IMG/VR virus record: IMGVR_UViG_3300028802_000008
Span: 1-64,000 of that record
From: a virus
Strand: one strand, 5' to 3'
Length of the DNA stretch: 64,000 bases
The position numbers were made by a program, and so were the translations under genes. The notes below the pieces were generated by a model. The model was not told the DNA's origin, made no database searches, and saw nothing but the letters and a program-made list of their open reading frames with translations. Position 1 is the first letter of the stretch. Each line of letters opens with the position of its first letter. Positions 1 through 8,855 of the stretch are shown here, in pieces.

Positions 1-83
1 AGCGCTCTACGCGGCGTAGCGGCAATCGCGTGCGGAATCGTGGCATTCTGGCAGGGGTCGGGAGAGCGCTCGGGAGAGCGCCG

Positions 84-131
84 AAAAACGGGAAAAGCGC
101 TCCCCTCTCCCGGTCGGGAGAGGGGAGCGCT
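84..131 (-). terminator. Intrinsic terminator after the leftward ORF
   Basis: Stem AGCGCTCCCCTCTCCCG (96-112) / CGGGAGAGGGGAGCGCT (115-131), followed on the - strand by TTTCCCGTTTTT, just downstream of the stop at 145. Confidence 0.7.
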
Positions 132-144
132 CGGTCAGAATCGG

Positions 145-942
145 TCAGACCGGGAGAGCGGCAATCTCGGCGGGTGAGAGATTGCAGATATCCGATACGG
201 TCCGCGCTACGTTCCCGGTGGGACGCAATTCGATGCAATGGTCGTAGGGGTTTTTCCAACCATTCTTTTCCTCTCCCCAACCATCGCAATGTTGAATCGC
301 GTTCGTGAGAGTCGGGAACCTCTCACCATCGGGAGTGACGAACGAGAGATTGACCGGATGACCAGGGGTCAATTCCGATTCGCAATGAATCGTCACCATC
401 GATGGGGGAGTGATTCCCGGCCGACCGAGCGTAACGAATGCCATACCATCGGCGCGGCTATGGTCCCGCGGGATGTTGCGCCGCGTGCGCTTTTTGGTCG
501 CGGCGGTCGCGGCAGGGGTCGGCGCAACCATTGCGGCAACATTCTCGGCGGTCATCGGGGTCACCCGCTCTAGAGCGTTCGCGAACATTGCCGCGACATC
601 ATCGGCGGTCAGACCATCGAACGATTCCACCGATTCGGTAGCGCCGAGACTGAACGCGGCCAGACCATCCACCGCGCGGACGATTCGATCGATGATGACC
701 GCCGCGGGGTCGGGACCGGTCGGCGCGGAGAGGATGACCGGGAGAACGTTCCCGAGCGCCGAATCGGTCGGGATGAGAGCGGCAATCTCCACGATTGCCG
801 ATTGACGCCGAGCGGGTGACCATTCCCGAACGATTGCGATAATCGAATCGTTCTCTCGGTCGGATGCCACGATTGCGGCAACATCGGCGGTCATCGGGAT
901 GGCCGCGGGTGCGGTCGGGGTAGTGCGATTCGGGGTAGACAT
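145..942 (-). CDS. Hypothetical protein, 265 aa
   Basis: Long ORF with GAAAGG RBS, its own promoter and a downstream terminator; no recognisable family. Confidence 0.75.
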   Translation of the reverse strand: MSTPNRTTPTAPAAIPMTADVAAIVASDRENDSIIAIVREWSPARRQSAIVEIAALIPTDSALGNVLPVILSAPTGPDPAAVIIDRIVRAVDGLAAFSLGATESVESFDGLTADDVAAMFANALERVTPMTAENVAAMVAPTPAATAATKKRTRRNIPRDHSRADGMAFVTLGRPGITPPSMVTIHCESELTPGHPVNLSFVTPDGERFPTLTNAIQHCDGWGEEKNGWKNPYDHCIELRPTGNVARTVSDICNLSPAEIAALPV

Positions 943-998
943 TTTGGATGCCCTTTCTAGGCTGTTGTGTTCGGCCGGGAATCGGCTGAACGGGAACC

Positions 999-1027
999 AC
1001 TATAGGGGTACCGAAAGCCGAGCGCAA
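999..1027 (-). promoter_or_regulatory. SigA-type promoter for ORF 145..942
   Basis: - strand TTGCGC-N17-TATAGT. Confidence 0.6.
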
Positions 1028-1062
1028 CCTATTCGCGATTATCGTTGCGACACTAGGGGATT

Positions 1063-1350
1063 AGCGCTCCCGCGTGCGCTCCCCTCTCCCCTCCACGCGG
1101 CTATCGCGTGCGCTCCCCTCTCCCCTCCACGCGGCTATCGCGTGCGCTCCCCTGCCGCGTGCGCTCGGCGCTCGGGAGGGGTCGGCGCTCGGCGCTCGGG
1201 AGCGCTCTCGGGAGGGGTCGGCGCTCGGGAATAGGGGTATTACGCGGGACCGAACATACGTACTAGCCGGCGACGATTTTTCCGTACGTATGTTCGTACC
1301 CCTCCCGAGCGCTCTCCCGACCCCTCCCGAGCGCTCCCGAGCGCTCCCGG
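1063..1350. repeat. GCGCTC/GGGAG-rich repeat tract including a 34-bp tandem repeat
   Basis: CGCGTGCGCTCCCCTCTCCCCTCCACGCGGCTAT at 1071 and 1105, partial at 1139; many GGCGCTCGGGAG units in both orientations. Confidence 0.85.
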
Positions 1351-1533
1351 TCGCACGATTCCCGAGCGGTCGCGGCCGATTCCGGAAGGTTGGATTCCGC
1401 GTAATTTCCGCGTTGGCTTTCGCGTTCTCACGCGGTGAGAACGGGTTTTGGAATAGCTTGGAATGGCCTGGGGATAACTTACAGTCATTTGGGAATTAGC
1501 TTGTGGACAACTTTCCGAAAAATTTCCCCGGAC

Positions 1534-1566
1534 GCTTATGTAGGCAAGCGCTGTTGAGCTTGGAAA
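1534..1566 (+). promoter_or_regulatory. Bipartite phage motif copy (GCTTAT-N15-TGAGCTTGGAAA)
   Basis: Matches copies at 1954, 2001, 2048, 4026, 4574, 11977 and 12769. Confidence 0.7.
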
Positions 1567-1596
1567 TTTCTCCCGGAAAACTTTTCGAGAAATCGC

Positions 1597-1624
1597 TTGC
1601 AAACCCGAAACCGCTTGATATGAT
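1597..1624 (+). promoter_or_regulatory. SigA-type promoter with extended -10, probably leaderless
   Basis: TTGCAA-N16-TATGAT with TGn extension; ATG begins 7 nt after the -10. Confidence 0.55.
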
Positions 1625-1630
1625 GAGGTC

Positions 1631-1777
1631 ATGAAGTCAAACGCACCCACCACACAAACCGCCAAGCCGCTGGCCGACCGGATCGCCGCTTACAAGCCGT
1701 ACGAGCCATTCAAGATGGTGACCGGAATCCGCACCCACCAAGCACACTTGCACGACGGGATGCGAGCCGATGACTGA
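1631..1777 (+). CDS. Small hypothetical protein, 48 aa (MKSNAPTTQTAKPLADRIAAYKP...)
   Basis: ORF begins at the predicted TSS of the 1597-1624 promoter; too short for the ORF track. Confidence 0.5.
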   Translation: MKSNAPTTQTAKPLADRIAAYKPYEPFKMVTGIRTHQAHLHDGMRADD

Positions 1778-1953
1778 CGGAAGCGTCGGCTTGCTTCCCG
1801 ACGGGAGCGGGGCTTGCCAAGCGACGGGAGCGGGCGGGATGCGGCTTGGGTAAGCGGCCAGTCGGCGGAGGCGGCTTACAAGCGGAGCGGGAGCGGGCGG
1901 GGCTTGCAAGCGGGAGCGGGGGCGGCTTGGGCTTGCGGAATTTAAGTTAAACT

Positions 1954-2086
1954 GCTTATTTGTGGCGGCTTGGTTGAGCCTGAAATTTTGGGGAACTTAC
2001 GCTTATTTGTGGCGGCTTGGTTGAGCCTGAAATTTTGGGCAGCTTTCGCTTATTTGTGGAAGCTCGGTTGAGCCTGAAAATATTGG
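1954..2086 (+). repeat. Three tandem 47-bp-period copies of GCTTAT-N15-TGAGCCTGAAA
   Basis: GCTTATTTGTGG...GGTTGAGCCTGAAA starting at 1954, 2001 and 2048. Confidence 0.9.
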
Positions 2087-2194
2087 GCTTACAAACACAA
2101 TCCACTACTTGTGGACCGCTTAGGGGGGTCGAACAATTTTGAGCGTTTGGGCCGCTGGGTCGATTACTTGTGCTGGCCGCGATAGACTGGCCGC

Positions 2195-2885
2195 GTAGCG
2201 GTCAGTTCGACCGACCGCCACAAAGTCCCGGAAAGTTGGGACCGCACCTTGACAACCAAAGACCCCGCTGCTGGTGGAACGTCCTAGAGGGATGAACCAC
2301 TACCACCACCTAAGCCCCAGTACTTACTGGCCGTTCGCAAAGCTCAACGGTTTACCCTCGGGTATGACGAAAAGGTATTAGGTGGAGGATGGACCGGCTG
2401 AAAGCTATGGGCTTGAGCATTGCTCGCCTAGTGCTGACAGATTCCCGGTCGGCAGAAAGCATGGCACTTGTGCCCTCTGCTACTGGCGTGACTGCCATAG
2501 GGGGTCTTAGGTGGTGGCACATTGAAAAGTGAAGATATCCGAAAGCACGGAGTAAGTGCAGGCGTTCGTTGACCTATACGGTCGGTGAAATGAGCCCGCG
2601 CTGCCGTAGTAAGTTGACCTAGTGGTGTACCGGGTTAGCGCAACAAGACGACGGAGTGGCTGTCAAAGTCAACCTGAGTCGTAACGTGGAACGAGATCAA
2701 AGTCCGAGGGCTTTGGTGAGGACTGTCCTAGTAACTAGCGCCGATTCCGACCGGTAGAACTAACAATAAGCTACGATCGTAGATGATTAAGTTCCGGGGA
2801 TTAGCTCAATAAAGTAATCGCAAAATCACGAGTAGAGTCCGCACTTACAGATGTGCTTTCGGTTGCCAATGGTGTCTCTTGGTCG
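2195..2885 (+). ncRNA. Candidate large structured ncRNA (about 690 nt), family unassigned
   Basis: No ORF of 60 aa or more in any frame 1910-2844; long-range helices 2303-2314/2506-2517, 2539-2548/2853-2862 and 2552-2559/2841-2848 plus many nested hairpins; possible TAGACT -10 at 2183; ends approximate. Confidence 0.7.
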
Positions 2886-2897
2886 GTTTACGGGACG

Positions 2898-3013
2898 TGG
2901 CAGGGGTCGGGAGAGCGCTCCCGGTCGGGAGGGGATTACCCCTCCCGGTCGGCGCTCTAGTCGGCGCTCGGGAGGGGATTACCCCTCCCGGTCGGCGCTC
3001 CCGACCCCTGCCA
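2898..3013. repeat. Palindromic element: 16-bp terminal inverted repeats enclosing two 33-bp direct repeats
   Basis: TGGCAGGGGTCGGGAG (2898-2913) / CTCCCGACCCCTGCCA (2998-3013); direct repeats 2925-2957 and 2968-3000; 2898-2920 identical to 49-71. Confidence 0.9.
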
Positions 3014-3094
3014 TCCCGAAAGCATCCGAACTTGTATCGGACGCTTTCGGGGTGCGGGAATCCCCCACGCCCACTTTGACCAGGGAGAAACACT

Positions 3095-3430
3095 ATGACT
3101 TACCACACGCCCGATGAGATCGCTGCTTACCTTGGTGAGCCGGTCGACTTCACTCACGACATCGGGTTGATCCACACTTGCGTGCGGATTGTCGGGCGCT
3201 TTGCTCCCGGCGATCCTCAACGCGACGCGGTCCTTGTGAACGACGCTGCCGATTCGATCTTTGACTTTGTCGGAGATTACTTGGCAGAGCCGGTGACGGC
3301 CTACTTCGGACATACACTTGCCGAGTACCGTCCGTCACTTTGGAGCCGGACAAAGCGACGCTTTGTTCGGATCATCCAAAGCCTGGACGGCTTGCTGTTC
3401 TCGCTCCGGTCGCTTGGACCGCAGCGATGA
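3095..3430 (+). CDS. Hypothetical protein, 111 aa
   Basis: AGGGAG RBS and hairpin leader. Confidence 0.75.
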   Translation: MTYHTPDEIAAYLGEPVDFTHDIGLIHTCVRIVGRFAPGDPQRDAVLVNDAADSIFDFVGDYLAEPVTAYFGHTLAEYRPSLWSRTKRRFVRIIQSLDGLLFSLRSLGPQR

Positions 3431-3633
3431 TCAAAACACTTCCCATTCCAACTGTCCTTATCGGGAACGTCGATGGCGTCAAAGCGTGGATTGCTTTGAC
3501 GTTGGATCGTTCACTTGATTCGATGGAGTTTATCGGAGACGAGATTTACGAATCCGGTCCCATCGACACTTCACTTGACTACCTCGGCCGCATTGACTTG
3601 TGGTCGGACAGTCTCGTGATCGAAAGCCACTGA
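3427..3633 (+). CDS. Hypothetical protein, 68 aa
   Basis: ATGA overlap with the upstream gene. Confidence 0.65.
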   Translation: MIKTLPIPTVLIGNVDGVKAWIALTLDRSLDSMEFIGDEIYESGPIDTSLDYLGRIDLWSDSLVIESH

Positions 3634-3744
3634 CACTTTGGCGGCACCGACTTCGGTCGGTGTCGTCCCATAAGGCAGCGAACTTGTGTCGCTGCCTTAT
3701 GGGGCGAGGGATAAGCCCACGTCCACTTACCAGGGAGACAAACC

Positions 3745-3945
3745 ATGTTGTTCGTTGTCGAAAGCAACGATCCAGTCCCTTTCATCTTCATGGTGGAAGC
3801 GGAAACGCACAACGATGCTGCTCAAGTGGCAAACGCTTTCCTGCTCTCAAAGGGCTTGATTGACGTGAACTTCAGCACCATCACCTTGGCTGAACTTACT
3901 GCGGAAGTGGTAAGGGAAGCCCAGGATATCTTGACAAGCCACTGA
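3745..3945 (+). CDS. Hypothetical protein, 66 aa
   Basis: AGGGAG RBS and hairpin leader. Confidence 0.7.
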   Translation: MLFVVESNDPVPFIFMVEAETHNDAAQVANAFLLSKGLIDVNFSTITLAELTAEVVREAQDILTSH

Positions 3946-4120
3946 CTTGTCGGGCGGCATAAGCTCAAGGCATGGGCTTGTGTCGCCCCACAAGCATTCA
4001 AAGCTAAGTTCAAAAAACAAACCACGCTTATGTGGGTATGTTCGGTTGAGCCTGAAATTTGAACGCTTGTGGGGCGAGGGAAAGTATCCCACGTCTAAAC
4101 CGACACCAAGGAGATACAAA

Positions 4121-4543
4121 ATGCACATCATTGTCATCGGAAATGTCGTGGAGGGATTCAAGTTCTTTGGACCCTTCTCCGACATCAAAACGGAAGCGCA
4201 GGCGATCTTGGACGAGCACCCTGAGGGTGTTTGGACCGAGCTTCAGTCAGTGCCTTCGGACGAGGCAAAGTACCTCAAAAGCTTCGGCATCAAGAAAGTC
4301 GAAGTGGCCCGCGGTACCTTCTGGACTGTGATCCAGTACTTGCACACTTACGGTGATACCGGTTCTTCCGTGATCACCGAAGGTGGCGACCATCACTGGC
4401 TAAGTGAGGACGCAGCCAAATCCGCTAAGCGGGTCTACGAAGTCTGCACCGCTTACCACGGTAAGTCGCCCAGTGAAGTGATGGAGGCTTTCGGGAACTA
4501 CTTCCCGGAAGAGTTCTGGCCCCTTGTGGAGCCGATGTACTGA
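4121..4543 (+). CDS. Hypothetical protein, 140 aa
   Basis: AAGGAG RBS before the ATG at 4121. Confidence 0.75.
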   Translation: MHIIVIGNVVEGFKFFGPFSDIKTEAQAILDEHPEGVWTELQSVPSDEAKYLKSFGIKKVEVARGTFWTVIQYLHTYGDTGSSVITEGGDHHWLSEDAAKSAKRVYEVCTAYHGKSPSEVMEAFGNYFPEEFWPLVEPMY

Positions 4544-4573
4544 AGACAAGCCAAAGTTGAAAAACAAACCCAC

Positions 4574-4640
4574 GCTTATGTAGGTAAGCGCTGGTGAGCC
4601 TGAAAGTTGCGCGTGAGCCATCGAGCAAGTGTGATATACT
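4574..4640 (+). promoter_or_regulatory. Bipartite motif followed by an extended -10 promoter
   Basis: GCTTAT-N15-TGAGCCTGAAA at 4574-4605; TGnTATACT at 4632-4640. Confidence 0.6.
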
Positions 4641-4735
4641 TGTTCGATGGTTCACCGGAGCCTTTGTGTTCCCTTGCGATTCTCATTCCGAGAGCCGCAA
4701 GAACAAGCAATACCAAGAGACCATTGGAGGTCATA

Positions 4736-6268
4736 ATGTCAATCACCAAGTCATGCTTGGATTGCCCGTCACTTCTGACGAAGGACGAAGCGGAAACATT
4801 CTTTGGAGTCGCCAACGCGGCTCCGATGTGCTCCCGCTTTGGCCACATCTTCGGACATGTGGGCAATCAAAGTGTGTATCTGGAAGCTGCGACCAAGATG
4901 GCGGCGGGCTGCACGTCTTATGGACAGCCTGCTGCATCGAGCCCAGCTTCCGACCTCACTTTGTCGTGGTTCAACCCAAGGCCGGAGTTGCTCAACGCGA
5001 CTTCGACTGGTCCCAGCTTCTGCGGGGACTGCAAGAACTACGACGAAGTGATGAACGGTTGTGCTGCAACGGGAAGAGTGATCTTCCCGGAGCGCGTCAA
5101 GCAGGAAGCCGTCAACTGCGCTTGGAGCCGTATCGGCGCACCAAGTGAAGCAGTTGGCAGCAAGCTGGACGCGTGGGGCACGGCTGCTCAAGTGTTCGTG
5201 CGGAACGCGACGACGACGCCAAGTGCGCCGCCGCCGCCGCCACCGAAGACGGTCAAGAAAGTGAAAGCCATCTTCGACCCTGCGACTTATTCTTCCGACG
5301 CTCCGGTGACGGAAGATCACAAGAAGCAGGGCATTCGGGCGTGGTTCAAGCTGGAGACAAAGCGAGGCAAGGTCATGTACCTGCCGATCTTTGAAGGATC
5401 GTTCTTCGGTGAGAATGAAGCGTTGATTCCGACTGCCAAGTCGGAGCACGGCGATCCTACCTTGTATATCGACCACGCGAACTTGATCGAAGAGTTCGCC
5501 ATCATGGTCTACAAGAAAGACCTGAACTTGGTCATCGAAGGGGAGCCGGGAACCGGTAAGACGGATGGTTGGCGTTACTTGGCACATCGTCTCAACATGC
5601 CTTTCGTGCGCCTTGCGTACAACGAGGCAAGTGAGTCGGATCAGTTCCTCGGCTTGTACGAGTTCGATCCCATCAAGGGAACGTACTTGAATCCGGGGAT
5701 GCTTCCCGAATGGTGGGTGCAGCAATGCTTCCTCCTTTCGGATGAGCCAAACACGCCAGACTCCAACGCGATCATGCAAGCGTATCGGTCGATGAACGAC
5801 TCCTCAAGGGAGTTGATCGTCTACAAAGAGCGCTTCCGTCGTCACGATTACTGCTTCCACGCGATGGCGATGAATCCACACTGGGACTTCCGGAACATCG
5901 GAACGAAGCCACTTGCCAGTGCGGATTCCCGCAGGCTTGCATTCTTCTGGATGCCAAACCCGGATGAGAAGATGCTTCGACAGATCATCTCTTCCACGGT
6001 TGAGCGTCTTGATGGTGTCGAGCCTGACAAGAAGCTTCTCGATGTGATGATCAAGATCGGCAACGATCTTCGCAACATGTCGAAAGAGGGTACGCTTCCG
6101 GACTTCTGGACCGTATCCCAAGAGATCAAGGTCGCCCGTCTCGTGGATGACTTTGGTCTGGAGGGTGCGTACAAGCGTGCCTACTTCAACTACATCTCGC
6201 CCGACGACGCGGAAGCGGCTTTGGGCGCGATCAAGTCCCACATTCCTTATGGAGCGGACTTCCAGTAA
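4736..6268 (+). CDS. MoxR/CobS/NirQ-type AAA+ ATPase with Cys-rich N-terminus
   Basis: Walker A GEPGTGKT, Walker B LLSDE, AMNP sensor; CxxC motifs in the N-terminus; GGAGG RBS; vWA partner downstream. Confidence 0.85.
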   Translation: MSITKSCLDCPSLLTKDEAETFFGVANAAPMCSRFGHIFGHVGNQSVYLEAATKMAAGCTSYGQPAASSPASDLTLSWFNPRPELLNATSTGPSFCGDCKNYDEVMNGCAATGRVIFPERVKQEAVNCAWSRIGAPSEAVGSKLDAWGTAAQVFVRNATTTPSAPPPPPPKTVKKVKAIFDPATYSSDAPVTEDHKKQGIRAWFKLETKRGKVMYLPIFEGSFFGENEALIPTAKSEHGDPTLYIDHANLIEEFAIMVYKKDLNLVIEGEPGTGKTDGWRYLAHRLNMPFVRLAYNEASESDQFLGLYEFDPIKGTYLNPGMLPEWWVQQCFLLSDEPNTPDSNAIMQAYRSMNDSSRELIVYKERFRRHDYCFHAMAMNPHWDFRNIGTKPLASADSRRLAFFWMPNPDEKMLRQIISSTVERLDGVEPDKKLLDVMIKIGNDLRNMSKEGTLPDFWTVSQEIKVARLVDDFGLEGAYKRAYFNYISPDDAEAALGAIKSHIPYGADFQ

Positions 6269-6397
6269 GCCTGGACCGTCGGCTTCCCCTGACAAGGGAG
6301 GCCGAACGGCCCGATGAGCACTCAAAGTTCACGCTTTGAGTGCTCATCGGACTGCAAAGTCCAAAACAACCGACACCAGGCAACCAAGGAGATCAAG

Positions 6398-8734
6398 ATG
6401 CAAATCACACAGGACAAGTTCGACCAAGGTCGACGTGCTCTGGAGCGCTTCACCAAGCTGATCCAAGTCCGATACAAGCCGCTCTTGCGAGCGGTGACGG
6501 GCAACGAGAAGCTGGACGTGAAGCCTCACTCATCACAAGCGGTGACAGACGGAAAAACCGTCTGGCTCCCGGTCCCCTTGGCGCTTGGAGACGAGACACT
6601 GGAACACGACAAGTCCTTGTGTGGACTGCGTGACTTGGCAGACATGAAAATGCTTTGCCCGATGTGCGAAGTCGAAGATGGGATAGACGCAATGGTCTTC
6701 CACGAATCGGCCCATATCACGGAGAAGTCCTTTGAGAAGCTAAACGGACGGACGTTCCTCAAGATCGTCCAGCCGATAGTCGAGCCTTACCTTGATCAAC
6801 TCCCGCTGGACAAGCGAGACAAGATCGAGCGTGAGATTCGTCAAGAGACCGCTCCGATGATCGCATCGAGCAAGCTGGACCCTTGGCTGCCGTTCGCGTT
6901 GAACATCATCGAAGACATCTACGTCAACCGTCGCTTGTATAAGTACCGGGAGGGTGTGGAAGTTGCGATGAAGCTCACGTCCCGCAAGACATTCGAGAAC
7001 GGAATCGAAGATCTCAATTCCGAAAGCAACCACCTGTGGAAAGACAATGATCCCACCGCGCAAGCGTTGATCAGTGCCTACCTTGCAGGCCAGGGGCTTG
7101 AGGACTTGGGATCTTGTCTGCATCCCGATCACGACCTCACAAACGATCCGGAAGTGTTGGCGATTGTCGGGAAGATTCCCGGCCATTGTGCGATCCAAGA
7201 TCGCGTGGAGTTGGCGATGAAGTTGATGATGCACTTGCGGTCCTTGGGCTATTGCCCGACCAAAAGCACATCTCCTCTTCCTCCTCCTCCTCCTCCGACC
7301 GAGCCGCAAGGCGAAACCGAGCCGCAGCCACCGCAAGGTGAAAGCGAACCGGAGCCGGGTAAGGGTGAGAGTGGTGACCAGGAAGGTGAAGCCGAAGAGG
7401 ATGACGAAGCCGAGAGCAATCACGGCGAAGAGTCAAACGACGAAGCTGATCCTTCCGGGAACCCGGAAGCGTCGGAGTCCGAAGATGAAGGCGACGAAGA
7501 GGAAGATGGAAGCGAAAGCTCCGAGTCTGACTCTATAAGTGAAAGCTCCGTCGAGCCTGAAAATGAGGACGAAGACGAAATGACGGGCAAGGGACGCGGA
7601 CATTCGGAAGAGACCGAAGAGTCTGACGACGACGAAGGCGAAAGCGAAGATGGTCAAGTTGAGGGTCAAATCGGGGAAGAGCCCGTCGAGCCTGAAAATG
7701 AGACCGGAAGCACTGAGCCAACGGAAGAGTCGACTTGGGAGCCTCCGACGGACGATGAGGTTGACGAAGCGCTAAACAGAGCGCGGAAGATGTTGGAAGA
7801 GATCATGGGCCACGATGAATACGGTCCAAGCAACTCCAACTCAAGTCAGGATGGAGACGTGATCAAGCAGGTGATCGAGCAGGCTGGCTTCGACCATCCT
7901 TCCGAAAGCCTGCGTGGCGGCGTCGATCTTCAAACGAAGAACGACTACCCGTACAACGATCCCAACTTGTATGCACCGGAAATCAAGGTGCCCAAGCACA
8001 TGCTGACTCCTCCGCTCTCTCGCTTGCGTGTCGTGTTCTCCTCCAACAAGAAGACCGGAATTGAAAGGTCGCTCAAGTCTGGCACTCGCCTTGACACGAT
8101 GCACTTGTATCGTGCCGGGACGGATGACAAGCGAATCTTTGGAAAGCGCAACGTCCCCAAGAACCGTGACTGGTTCGTGCTTATCGGGTTGGACTTCTCC
8201 GGAAGTACCGATGCAAACGGGGCCGACGCTGCCCACAAGATGGCGGGCCACGCGGTCGGCGAACTTCTCTATCAGCTTGACATCAAGTTCGAGATGTACG
8301 CCCACACAAGTGGAACGAAGCGTGACCAGGATGGCAATACTCAACTCGCTTTGGAGCATGTGCTCATCAAGGGCGTGGATGAGAATTGGAGAGACAAGAG
8401 CGTTCAAAGGATGCTCTTCTCTCAACGCGGTCGTGGCTGCAACTTAGACGGCCACTCGTTGGAACAGTATCGCAAGCGTATCGAAGCTCAACGAGCGACG
8501 GACAAACTCCTCCTCTACTTCACGGACGGCGCAATGCCTGCCTTGAACGCGCATGAGGAACTTCCCATCCTCAAAGAGAACATCGAGATCTTGCGTCGAA
8601 GCCGAACTACCTTGATCGGCGTCGGCTACCGGACGGATTCCCCCAAGCAGCATGGCTTGGACACAATCGAAATCAATGGTCCGGAAGATATTGCTTCCAT
8701 CGTCAAGGGCTTGGAGGATCGTCTCCTGCGCTAA
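6398..8734 (+). CDS. CobT-like vWA protein with HExxH motif and acidic linker
   Basis: FHESAH, NIIEDIYVN, long D/E-rich linker, MIDAS DFSGS and FTDG. Confidence 0.85.
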   Translation: MQITQDKFDQGRRALERFTKLIQVRYKPLLRAVTGNEKLDVKPHSSQAVTDGKTVWLPVPLALGDETLEHDKSLCGLRDLADMKMLCPMCEVEDGIDAMVFHESAHITEKSFEKLNGRTFLKIVQPIVEPYLDQLPLDKRDKIEREIRQETAPMIASSKLDPWLPFALNIIEDIYVNRRLYKYREGVEVAMKLTSRKTFENGIEDLNSESNHLWKDNDPTAQALISAYLAGQGLEDLGSCLHPDHDLTNDPEVLAIVGKIPGHCAIQDRVELAMKLMMHLRSLGYCPTKSTSPLPPPPPPTEPQGETEPQPPQGESEPEPGKGESGDQEGEAEEDDEAESNHGEESNDEADPSGNPEASESEDEGDEEEDGSESSESDSISESSVEPENEDEDEMTGKGRGHSEETEESDDDEGESEDGQVEGQIGEEPVEPENETGSTEPTEESTWEPPTDDEVDEALNRARKMLEEIMGHDEYGPSNSNSSQDGDVIKQVIEQAGFDHPSESLRGGVDLQTKNDYPYNDPNLYAPEIKVPKHMLTPPLSRLRVVFSSNKKTGIERSLKSGTRLDTMHLYRAGTDDKRIFGKRNVPKNRDWFVLIGLDFSGSTDANGADAAHKMAGHAVGELLYQLDIKFEMYAHTSGTKRDQDGNTQLALEHVLIKGVDENWRDKSVQRMLFSQRGRGCNLDGHSLEQYRKRIEAQRATDKLLLYFTDGAMPALNAHEELPILKENIEILRRSRTTLIGVGYRTDSPKQHGLDTIEINGPEDIASIVKGLEDRLLR

Positions 8735-8855
8735 GGGAGGCGACACTCGATCACCGAAAGGTGGTCGAGTGTCCCTCAAGCCAGACAATCTTCACGGATT
8801 GCCTGGCTTGAGGGTCACTCGACCCAAACCGACAATCAAGAGAAACGAGACAATC

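Noticed and set aside
30-1499. Arg/Ala-rich + strand ORFs over the left-end repeats
   Set aside because: They are translations of repeats or antisense to 145..942 and lack an RBS.
1954-2086. 47-bp-period repeats as a mini CRISPR array
   Set aside because: Only about 8 nt of unique sequence lies between repeats, the same motif occurs singly elsewhere, and there is no cas operon; the Cas4-like gene is solo and over 40 kb away.
2249-2277. TTGACA as the ncRNA -35 element
   Set aside because: No acceptable -10 at 16-18 bp spacing, and hairpins upstream suggest the RNA starts earlier.
2195-2885. Group I/II intron, tmRNA, RNase P or tRNA cluster
   Set aside because: There is no interrupted host gene, and I recognised no group II 5' end or domain V, tRNA-like ends, RNase P GAGGAAAGUCC or cloverleafs. 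Not formally excluded without cmscan.
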